A stretch of 64,000 nucleotides of DNA from Pocillopora damicornis (lineage: Eukaryota), in NCBI RefSeq assembly GCF_003704095.1, contig NW_020846086.1:372001-436000 (forward strand), given 5' to 3'. A program made the position numbers and the translations under genes. The notes beneath the pieces were generated by a model. The model had not been told where the DNA came from, did not search any database, and saw only the letters and a list, made by a program, of their open reading frames with translations. Of this stretch, positions 14,101 to 25,743 are shown one piece after another (within the stretch, counting starts at the first letter, position 1; the number at the start of each line of letters is the position of its first letter).

Positions 14101-14879
14101 GGTGACAAGAGTGCGAGCTACATGATAAATAACAGCACAAAGCCCCTTATAACTTGATAACGGGTCTTTTTATTCACTTAACAGATGGTGTGGTATCACT
14201 AAAATGTTATTGATACTCTTTTAAGAAATGAGAGCTTTAAAACGATCTCGTGGCGTTTCACGTTATACGTCAACGGCCGGTGGCACGCGTAGCATGCGGT
14301 TCTTTGAGGAATTGGCCCGTGGGTTGAAACGAAGTTGAAAGCGACGCGACTCAATTAAGCCAAGGGCATTTCTACAGTTTTAGTTTGAAAATTTTCCTCA
14401 CTATATTGGAAAATAAATGTCAATAATATCAACTATCGCATTTAACGTGTTCTAAGAACTGTTTTCTTGTCCTACCTTTGGGAAAACAGCATTAAACATC
14501 ACCTGTTATGCGGGCTAATTACCTATTGATGTTAAAAAGTCTTAATGCCTCAATCACGTTCGGTCTAAGCATATGTTACATGAATAATCTCAAGAACTCG
14601 ACTTCAGTGAAATAACTCCTTTTCAAGTTTACACTATGCCTGCTTAACGTATCGCACGAATAAATTATATTTACAGAATTAAAACCTCTTTAATGTTAAC
14701 ACGATTAAAATTTCATAGATTGGACCTTTCCTTGTAACATCAGAGGACTTGCAAGTACACACGTTGCTGATTTTTTGGCAACCTTATCCTTGAGTTAAAG
14801 CAAGGCTCGGTACATTATCTACGTTTTATACATATGATTATTTATCTTTACAGTTAGGTAATTCGTAAATATGAGTTAA

Positions 14880-16014
14880 TCACATTCTTTGGCATCGGTC
14901 TGCGGGGAAAGGAGACTTTAGTCCACTTGTAAGACACCATTGGCTCAAATTTGGTCCTAACTGTATCGTCTGTTTAGTGGTCGCTAAAGCGGCAAGGCTT
15001 GGACTCTCTGTGTCATGACTTCCAGATGTTGATACGTCTGTATTTGACCAAGTTCCTGAGCTGTTTGATGGGCTTGCCGTGCTCTCTGATTTACTAGTCT
15101 CTTCACCTGGACTGTCTTCGTTCACTCTGGCGCTGTGCTTCTTAAACTTAGATCTTCTGTTCTGAAACCAAATTTTCACTTGGGTCTGCGTTAGGCCGAG
15201 GCAGGCAGCCAAATCAGCGCGTTCAGGTAGAGCTAAATATTGTGTCTTGTTAAATCGCTTGGTGAGCTCCCGAAGTTGAAAGCTGGAGTAGATGGTTCGC
15301 GGCTTTCGAATCTTTTTTCCTTTGCCGTTTAGCCTGGGTTCATCACATGTTCCTTTCAAATCTGCGATGGTAATGTGTTAAAGTATGTTAAAACTCTCTT
15401 AAGAATTACAAAAATAACGGCTTCAAATGATGGATAAATTGTATCATTTTGCCTTTATACTTATCAAGCAAAGGGCTAGGAAAAAATTTTACCAGTCAAT
15501 TTTCGACTAATTTTGTTCCATTTGACAATACAGTTTAACACTTCGAGCTTATATTATAAGAATTTTGCGACTCCTTTAACTTCACTAATTTTTATTAACT
15601 TGGGCAACCACAAGCGGATTGTGCGCTAAATCACTTCCGAATCTTCTTTGAGTAACTCATGCCTATCACTAGTAAACAACGTAAATATTCCATAGTCTAC
15701 GTACCATCGTGAGGAGAATCGTGAGGGGATCCAAAGCCTTGCATAGAAGGCGATAAGTATGGATGATGCGACAGCGGATGATGGTTCAAAACCGGCGGCA
15801 TTGGAAAGGAGCTTCTGGCATTGCAGGCTAACGAGTACTCTTGGTTCGCTGGAGGGTGATGGTAGTAGCGCATCGCAGTGTACGGGTTATAATTCGGCGG
15901 CACTGGATTATAGCTGGAGTAGCTATGCGGCCCCGGTGTTGACGGCAACTCCATGAAGGCGGATTTGCAAGGCGCAGGAGGTTCAAAGTAGTCGGCTTGG
16001 AAGTTGAGGTTCAT
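14880..16014 (-). CDS. Dlx: Distal-less (Dlx) homeobox protein, 2 coding exons (16014-15705, 15361-14880), ~263 aa
   Basis: Exon 1 contains the Dlx N-terminal KSAFMEL motif and a Pro/Tyr/His-rich region. The phase-1 intron has GT at 15704 and CAG at 15364-15362. Exon 2 contains [64 protein letters not shown], a diagnostic Dlx homeodomain. Confidence 0.97.
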
Positions 16015-16169
16015 GTGGTAGCGATAACTGCAGAACGACTCAATTATAACAACTCGTGCTCGCAGATGTGACAAATTGATAACTCGCCGTGTTCGCAACC
16101 TCGATATGAGACCAAATGGCCACCTGACTGGCTGTTAAACAACAAACTTTGGGGGCACGCGTGCTGGTC

Positions 16170-16270
16170 TGGTTAATATGTATATATTGCGGAGAGGATT
16201 CTTGCAAGAATGGCTTATGCAAATCTAATTGGCTGTTATGATAATATGGTTCTAATTACATTGTATTTTA
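16170..16270 (-). promoter_or_regulatory. Candidate Dlx core promoter
   Basis: On the minus strand there is a TATATA near 16181-16186, a CCAAT (plus-strand ATTGG ~16228-16232) and TAATT motifs, 170-250 bp upstream of the Dlx ATG. Confidence 0.35.
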
Positions 16271-19200
16271 TCTTCTAATAGCCTTCACGCACAACAAAAG
16301 CAGCTGCTGTTGTCAGTATGTCTTCATCATCACTGTCTAATTTCCCATTGTTGCCAAGGCTCAGTAAACACGGCGTAAGAGCTAAAATTGATCAGCATTT
16401 TTTTTTGCGATTAAAAACAGGAATTTCTTCAGAATTTTTACGCATGAGGAGAAAAATCCCTCAATTGTCCAAAAGAGAAGCAAAGCACCTGATGTATTTG
16501 AGCCTAAACGAGAAATCCATCCTTTTTTGGCTAGGGATCATTAGCACATGTTGTTTAATTGGAGCTAAGTGTCCTTTTCATTAAACGCCCATTGAAAAAT
16601 TCGTACGTGGACTTTTCCGTGGGCCTTGCAGTTTTTTAAGAGCGGATGACGAAATTAGACCAGCTCGCCGAAATAACTTTTCTTTCCTATAAATGATGGG
16701 CGAAAGTAGTAATCGCTGACGTTAAAACATTAAAGATTTATAACAATTTGCCATATAAAGAGGCTAAAAACGGCTAAATTACTCAATATTCTAAGGCACC
16801 AAACAATGTGATTCACAAACCGTTGTCTTCCACCGAATAATTGCTTTAAACTCTGATAGAAAAAAGTGTGCAAAACAACGCCAAGTAATTTAGCGGTACC
16901 CTTTCACTCAAACCACAATGTATCATTACGACGAAATGTGTTTTGTCTCGAGTGCTTTGACACTATAACCGTTCTTACTCATTTTCACGCACCTTGGAAG
17001 ATGGCTCGCGGCCGGTTTCAATCTCATGGCAAAATAACATGAAAAACCCGATGTTTAGTTAACAACAACACAATGGGAAAAAGAAATTGTGGGAATAAGT
17101 CCCCGCCCGACGGGGTTTTACTCTGGCTGGTTAATTCGATCTTGCAGTGAAATAATTAAAACGCGAAGCTTGGCAACCCCTTGGAAAAGAATAGACCGAC
17201 GAAAAAAAAAGGAAAAGAAAAAAAAGGAAAAATAGCAAGTTGATAGTCAAGGCCAAGCATACATAAAACCATCTTGACCATCTTGAAGTCTAAATCTCAA
17301 ATGACTAGTGTTGGCAATTCGAAGTTTTTCAATCCCTATGGCAAAAACAATAATTTACAAGTATTAATCTGTTTCTTCCCTTTCTTCGGGGTTTTCTTTT
17401 AATGGAAAACATTTTCGTTTGGAATATTTCAAACATATGCGTGCGCTCAAACAAAGTTGTAATGAACAATCATAACCAAATCTATTATTTTCGAAGTAAT
17501 AACGAAGCACTTTTTTTAGTTTAAAAATGGCTGGTGGTAAAGTTACCTTTCGTTTCCTTTACGTTAAAGGTTAAAATGAAATATTATGCATTAAACTTTT
17601 AAAATGTGTTTTCCAATTCGAGAATGATCCACAAATAAAGTCGTGGCGCCCTTTTTTTTTCAAAGTTTTTCATTTTATAGCAAAAGCGGCTGGGTACACC
17701 AGGAAGTAATAAGCTTTGCTCATTCCACTTGCACAACAATGTCAACCGCACAGTGTTTACATGGCTGTCAAAGAGCAACCAAAATATTAATCTTGCGCAA
17801 AAGTTTTTAATCATCCAGGTTAACCAAATCGTGACAAACAAACCATCTGTTGAAATCAGAGACAAATTTCCCTCCTATCGCCTGAGAAAAGAGCAATGTC
17901 GCTATTGTAGAGAAAAGGCAACCCTCAAAACTGAAACTGAAAATTTTGCAAGAGCATTTTAAGAGTATGTTAAGGTGTAAAAGAATAGATCTTTTGAGAA
18001 AAGGGAAAAACTGAAGAAAGAACTACCTTTACCATGTTAATTTAGAATTTCAAGTATCTCTAGACCAATTATGCAAACTTTGGATTCAAACTTTTCTAAT
18101 CATGTTTTTTTTCGAAGTAGTTCAAGTAATTTCAAGGACAAACGAAAATTTCACTTTAAGCAGAATTCGAAGAAATATGACGAAATAGCAGGATATGTTT
18201 GAAAGCCGTTTGCTTGCATGATGCGTACACAAAGATGCTAACCCGTCTTCAGTGCCCTACCCGTGAATGACATTGAATGCGAAAAACTAACTACAGTGCA
18301 CAGCTTGAAATTTCATCGGCCCAAAACTAAACAACTGCAGGAGGTCGGTGTAAACGAATTCACCTTTCATTGAAATTTCACGAGAGCTTCTAAATGTAAC
18401 TACGCGCAGCTTTTACCTCTTAGGAAAAGCAATAAAGTTGTTTCTTCATGGTCAGTGGCTTAACATTGAAATACTCTCTCTTTTAAAATTACAATGACCT
18501 TTATATGAAATAAAAATTCGGCCCTATTTCTATAAATAAAATTTGCTCTGTTCGTTTCCGAAAATTTAAGTATCTAAGTTTTCAAAAGGAAAAAGCAACC
18601 TCCTCTTCTCTTTGATTGTTGATGGAGGGGCTCGTGATACCTATAGAACAGCAATAGAAATAAAACCAACAGAATTTCCTTAACATCTGTACATTTTAGC
18701 CTTCTCACGGTATTGTGCGTTTCGGAGCTGTGGGAAATCTGACAGTAAAGGCGATTTTTCGGTGTATTTCATTCATAAACGAACAAATAACAAAGGCAGC
18801 GGTGTCAAGATGTACATAATCGAACACAAAAGAAGCTCATTTGGGCAGGAAAATACCGTGTAGGTGAAAAAATCGTGCAAATCGATATGAGGGAGCAAGT
18901 AGCGAACTGATAAGCCAACGATTTCAGCATTGAAACATTTTCTTTGTTCAATTTTTGTGCTCCATGGTTTTATGGAACCTAAGTATGGGATGAATTTTTT
19001 TGCTGAAGATTTGTTTTGCATCTTGCGAGCAGGTCATTAAAAGAAAGTATTGTTGGTTTTTATCCAAACAGCTGGGAACCCGCTTTTTGATCTGTGATAC
19101 CGAATAGCTTAAACTGACCGGGAATAAAATTGAAAACAGGGCATAACATTTCCAAAAACCTTGGCCAAAAAAACAAATCTTTGCAAAAACTCAACAATCT

Positions 19201-22200
19201 CCTGCAAAAAAATCTGTCATTTTTAGTCAATCATACAAACAATTCTTACATTTTGAAATTTTTATTACAAGTTTTCGTTTTTTGGAGCAGAAGTTGACTG
19301 CAAAAAAAATCTCAAGCTGACATTGAATAAACTGACAATATAAGATAAACAAACCTTGTGACCTTGTTTGAGTTTCAGTGTGGATACAGATTTTAACCCA
19401 TTCGGAGCCACAGTTAGCTAGTAGCATTTCCAAACGGACGAAATCCACTGTTTCACGCCATTTATCCATCTTAACATGATCCTGTTGAACAGTTCTCAAA
19501 TTTCATCTTCAGGGTTCGTGTTAGGATACAAAGCTTGATCGTTTGATGAACCTAATGAAACTCAACCTTGCAGATCGATGATACTGTGATGCACTTTCAG
19601 TTTAGATATCAATGCGAATTATCGACTTTAAATGCTCAAACTTAGGAGGCATTTTTTAACGATAGAAAATTCTTTATTTTATGTTTTAAAGGCGAAAATT
19701 TGAGGCGTTTTTAGCTCTGAAAAGTTGCTCAAAATTGCCTTAAATCTGGCTATTTAGAGCTTTGGAGATAGCTTACGGTCGCATTACTTAAATTATCCTG
19801 TAGTTCACGCTACCCTAACTATTCAACTACTTTCAGATGGTGTTTTACCCATGAAACATCTATTACTCATTTTGTTTTCAAAAACGAAGGCGTTGAAAAG
19901 ACTCCTAGCTGCTTCTTTACATAATCAAGTGCTTCGTTCTTTAAGGATTTGCTGGCTTTGATGGTTAATTAATATGATGACACTTGCATTTGAATAGAAG
20001 TTTCAAACTTGTTAATTTTTGGATCATTTATTTTCTTACTTGCGGTGATAAGCAATTCAGCTTTGAATTCAACTCTCTCGAGGTCTCAAACCTGCCAACA
20101 TATGGTTTCAAATCAGATTTGTAAAAGTCACGAATAACCTGTGAAATTGCTCCAAAGATAGCAATAATTTTCAGCCAGAATTTTGGATGGGTCGACTTAA
20201 GGCTGTCCCTCTCAAAAAACGAAAATGAGTATCGGCTTAATCTAAATGAAAATATCTTTTCTTTTTTCTTTCCTCTTTCGAATTTCATTCTGAACATCTA
20301 ATAACTTACTTTTCGTTTTTTTTTTTTTACATCTTGAAGGCTATAAGTTCATTCTATACAGTCTGTTTTGGGCGATAACAAGTAATTAAATGCAAATTCA
20401 GCTATGATACCGCTTGATGAAAAAGCAAATGTCAATTTAACTTTGATGCTCCCGATTACTCACAATTTCCTTTCTACATACAATCTTTCTTTGGAAAAGA
20501 GAGATCTCAGTATGTGACGATTCCACCAAATTCCTTGATAAAATCTCCATGCCATATAATAGGGTTTAAAACTTTAAATTTTTTCCTAAATTCCTCCCTA
20601 CCTTCTGACAAATCGGCATCAATATAAGAAAAAATGAAATTCAATAATCCGGTTTGACTTCGATCGAAATGAACAATCTGCTCCGAGAGATGAACTTTAT
20701 TGTCCGTGGGATTTGATTTCATTGAGTCTCGGATACCTTCAATTTGGATTTTTTTCCTGATGAGTATGTCTGAACTTTAGGTGTAATTTCATACAGGGCT
20801 AGATATACGCACGATTTGTAAGCGATACTGATCGGTTTGATGCTTTTTGTGCGTAATTAGTCATTGATGCAAAAACTTTAACGCACTTTGAAGATCGTGA
20901 GGTAAGATGGTGTGTCTTAGCGCAGAACAGAAAATTAACTTTGGTTTAAAATGACATTGTGATTAAGGCGTCACTCAATTGTCTTCTTGATCAGAAGTTA
21001 CAGATCCCAACTGTTGTATTATGTTCCCAGTTTTAGGCAAGATACGAATGATACGGTTCGTAAAACTCCTGTTTTCGTGGAATATGAATGCACTTTAAGT
21101 TGCATTTTGAATGAACATCATCAGTATTTTCGGACAGATTGTAATTCAAATCGTGCCACCTTCCTTACATATTGCATTTGACAGATCTTCAAAAACACGT
21201 AGTATCTGGCGTTTTCACAGATCAGTCCCTCTACTAAAAGAAAAACGCAAGAAAGAAGGCTGAAATACAAAAATTTCCGCAAATTGGGACTAAGATTCCT
21301 TTGAACCGGTCTGAATGAACTAAAAGGTATACAATTGCTATGATATTTTGTTTCAGCTTAAAAAATGCAGCGCGTATGATATTCAAACAGCCAGCCAGTT
21401 GAACAAAAGTTTTCGAATAAGTCGGCGCTCAAAATTGGCCGAAAAATTCTAAGCAGAGTCTGTATAATCTTTTTATTTATTTTTTTATTTGCTTTGATGG
21501 CGGAGAGAGGCTTTTTCATTTACTTTTTTTCGACTTTTGACGCGTTTTTTTTGTTCCAAGAAAAAGGCCATGATTCTTGTGATGAAACCCAGTATTATAA
21601 TGCCTTCGACGCTCTTCCTTCAATAATAATTCGAAAAAATCAAATTCTCCTCAGTGGTAAGGAAAAGTAGCTTTAAAAATGTTTTGAAATTGAGCAGACA
21701 TCTTATGAATGGAAAATTTTACGTAAAGTGCAGGTGAATTGAAATTTTTAGAGCAAAAATATTGCGTTAGTTTACATGAGCGCCGCGGCCTATACAAGAT
21801 CACATGGACTAACAGTGATAGCCAGAGGCATGGGAAAGCCCAAATTGCAGGAGAGCGCAAGCAAAAGGTGTTAAATAAGATTTTTGTTCTTTTTAACGCC
21901 TTTTTTTGAGTTATTTATTTCTATTCTCTGATGTTCGGAAATATAGATTTTAAGCATGATGATTTTAATCACGCCATTAGGACAGCACTTTTCCAAAGAC
22001 GGCGCCAGATAGCTTTTCTGGAAAAAAATTTGATCTTGTCGTAAAATGACAAAATTATTGTAGCCGACGAGAAAATAATTTAACAACAATTGTTAATTGT
22101 TTGAAAGATGATAAAGAAGGTTTAAAAAAACGAACTCTCTGTAATGAATAATTTTCAATGAATTTCAGCTGAATGAGTTCTTTTGCAAAACAGAATTTTC

Positions 22201-22883
22201 CGTTATTTTTAAAAAGTTCTTGACAAAAATACTGAAAACCCGTAGAAACATTGACTCCAAATTTATGTGACTTTTTTTCTTCAATGTTCTTTTTTAAAAT
22301 GATAATACTGAGTTAATTGCTTTTTCTCTTTAGGAAGGTACTTGATTACATCACACGCTAGGCTACTGGCTGTTACTGCAATTAAAACTCTTTATTATCA
22401 AACGACAAGTACAGAAGGCGACTAATCAACTGCCTTTATTCAAGAATAAATGAATGAATAAAACTGAACCAAAATATATTAGCAATATTATAAAATAGGT
22501 TTATCCTGCGATAGCGACCTTTTGCGAGTGTTTTGTTATTCCAGAATATTTTTTTATCGAGATCTGCAAGACAAACAATTACGAACCCTTAATTTAAGCA
22601 TTTTCCGACAAATACCGGATGTTTGTCGACAAGGTAATTGTCTGAAGTCTCATTTCTTGTTAGATAGCAAATTACAGAAAGTCTGCACTCGACTTCTGTC
22701 AATTTGAGTTACGACGGAGTTAATATGGCGCCATCATCACCAGCATACCACTTGTTTCTTCCATTTTAATGACTGGTTTAATAAATTTACTAAAATTAGA
22801 GCACCTGTCGCCTTTGTTTGGCAATATGTGTTGTACAACAACTTTAATTTCTGCATTATCTAACCTCTTGGAGCGGAATACTT

Positions 22884-23079
22884 AAGCACTACGACACCCT
22901 TTCTATCGGTTTACCAGCGTAATAACCCACTTAAGATGTTGGAAAAAAAAAACACTTAAAAAGTTTGTAAACTACTTGCCTCAGGCCTCTAAAATTACAA
23001 CTTCTTGAGTGTCTTCTTAATATCCCAAGTGGGTTATTACTGACACCAGTAAACAGAAATAAGTTGTGGTCTATTGCTT
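22884..23079. mobile_element. Foldback/palindromic MITE-like element
   Basis: Perfect 14-bp inverted arms GTAATAACCCACTT (22919-22932) / AAGTGGGTTATTAC (23027-23040) inside longer imperfect inverted arms ending AAGCA.../...TGCTT. Confidence 0.7.
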
Positions 23080-24884
23080 TATAGAACAAAATTCAACTTT
23101 TTTGTGGGTTTACCCGTGCAATAATCGATAAGCTTTCGACCATCAGGGCGCTCGTAGTAAAGCTCCTTGCGCGCCCGCGTTACATTAGATGATAAGCGAT
23201 GCACTTTCAGGTGGAGGTAAACAGGGAAAGAAATACAAAGAGACGGGAGAAAACAATAACTGAACCCTTGATCTGCCAAACAAAAGAGAAGTTAGTTATC
23301 TTCAATCACGTGCGTCAAGGTTCAGTCAGAAAAAGGATAAAGAATTCAATTTCCAATTAATTTTTCAGGGAATTGTCATCGAGTAAGAGTAGTGCGATGT
23401 CGCTCTCTTTCGTGACAGAGAGAGAGCGACCAGACAGTGCTTTGCTCTAAACTCTGTTTACAAAACTCATAATTAAGTAACCTCTAAGTACTTTTTCAAC
23501 GATGACGACCTTGATTGTCTACCGAAGATGTTAAAACAACCACTAATTACTGTTCTGATGATATTCATCGTTGTCACCACGTAAAAGAAAAAATTATTTT
23601 TAAGCAATTAGTTTTCTTTAACAATAATACAACAATGCAGTTTCTCCGCACCAGTGTTCATTTGTGTGTTTTTTTTTTTCGTATGTGTGAGTAAAGGAAC
23701 AAAATTCTGCGTAACATGTGGTCAGTTGTGTAAACTACAGTTTCAAATGAGATGCTCTTTTCCGTGCCCTTTTTTTGAACCCGTGACCTACAAATCGAAT
23801 CGGAGTTTTCAGTAAATCTGACCAAACTATACCAAACGCCCCGAATAACTGCTTTTTATTATATATACAAAGTTGGTAAATATTGACACGACTAACAATT
23901 TTGATGCATGGTTTAAGTGATTTTTAAGATGCACTCTTGCTACGTAATAGGGAAGTATGCAACACCATAACGATCATGTTTAGGAAACAGTGCAGGAAAA
24001 CATTCTGTTTTGATTTAGCCGCAGCTACAATCGCTTTTAGCGGGTTTCTAAAAATACCTCGGTGCCTTCTCAGTTCACAAAAAGCTGCTAACGATGTAGA
24101 ACTATGCTCAAAATCTTAACCAACAAACATCGGACCAAAACGAAGGGAACAGTGCGATGCAAAACCATAATCAAAATTTTAACCGACAATCATTTGATTC
24201 CCAGGGAAAGGGAGGGTTTTCGATGTTTTTTTTGTTGAAAAAGGTGTTTTTAGTACCTATACAGTCTGCGGCTGGTTAAAACACGAAAATACTCTTATCC
24301 TTTCGACCGCTAAAAATCTTACACCAACTTGACTGACTAAGTTACCTACTTGTGCGTAGCAATAAACTATATCGTTAAAAATGGAAGATTGGTTGGTTGA
24401 ATTTTACATTCAGTCTTCAGCTTAATCCATATAAAATTACAGGTAACATTCGCGGGTGATCTTAAATTGTCAAAGAGAGCAGAAACGTGCCAACAATTAA
24501 ATGGCGGCGAGCAGTGAAAGGACTCAGCGTGAGATTTAAGGATGTTTCATTTGAGGAAGAATCACCTGCCATACTTTCTATGTGCATGTGTCGTCAAATT
24601 ATTTGCAATTGTTCCGTTTGTAATAAATAGGCTAAGACTGAAAGACGACACGCGTAATTCTAACTGTTAATTTTACATTTTTATGTTGAAAATGGATCTG
24701 GAAACTTAATGGGAGAAATTTTTTTGTAAACAATGACATGCAGGTTATCGTTTTTTATTGGGGAGAATTTCTTAAGACTGATGTCGCTCGATGTTTCTAT
24801 AATATTGCATGCTATCAATTATCAAAGCATTGTGATTGCTTTTTTTTCGTAAAATATTTATTTGACCGACATTTCGTTTCAGTC

Positions 24885-25107
24885 TAGTCTTTTCCAGGCG
24901 TTCAGTGCGTGTTATACAAAGCGCAGTAATAGACAGTGCTATAGTAACAGAGAGTGAAAAAACGAGGGAGGTTTGGGACGAGTCTTGTAATGACCACGAT
25001 CTTTACCCGTTCTGACCCAGATCTTGCTCGCTTTTTTAATCCCTTGCTACTGTCGTGCCGTTTGTTACTTCGCTTCATTTTACTAACTAAACGCCCGGAA
25101 CAGGTTA
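24885..25107. mobile_element. MITE-like element with ~22-bp terminal inverted repeats
   Basis: TAGTCTTTTCCAGGCGTTCAGT ... ACTAAACGCCCGGAACAGGTTA, imperfect TIRs bounded by TA. Confidence 0.6.
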
Positions 25108-25743
25108 TTTGTAGCGAAAACGGAAAGGTTGGTTTTCAGAAAATCTTGAACGAGCTCGCTTTGAAAAAATACCTTGCGTACATCAGGGAAGCTGATTGTA
25201 ACTGAGGATTTGAGTAATTTGTGCTTAATTAAGTAACATGTATTGCAAGTGTCGGAGGCGAATCCGGCATGTGTATTCCTTATAATTAAAAAAAATTCCA
25301 GGCACAGTTTAGACGGTGACCTGAGTGGCTTGAAGTCAGAAAAAAAACTGATGGATACTAAAAGAAAAATATAACGAGTTAATCTCGAATATTTATTGAT
25401 TATTGTCATCCTTTTTCCGCAGGAAAATTCCTGCTTTAATTTTGCATAATTGGGTCAATTACATTTTTTAAAAAATAACATTGTACATACATCTGCTACA
25501 AATATATCAATAGCAACAGTAGTCCAGGATGAACACGTGGATTGCATCAGTTACCACAGTGATATCCAAGTAATCCGTTAAAAAAGTCTTCATCCGCGAC
25601 AATAAATTGACATGAAAACATAAAACTTGCAGACGAATTCTCAGTAAAATGGCCAGGATTTTACGAATGGGATCTGTTCAAGTATTATCGGCCCTCCGGC
25701 TCAGAGATACATATTCTTTGTCATGTTAGCGTTTTGTCATTGG

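Noticed and set aside
2012-14125. Numerous 60-120 aa ORFs in the Nedx-a/Dlx interval
   Set aside because: No recognisable domains, random-like F/L/I/K/S composition, often non-ATG starts and no consistent splice pattern; expected by chance.
16015-16098. N-terminal extension of the Dlx exon-1 ORF (MRTRRVINL...)
   Set aside because: It begins at a non-ATG codon; the first in-frame ATG is at 16014, just ahead of the conserved KSAFMEL.
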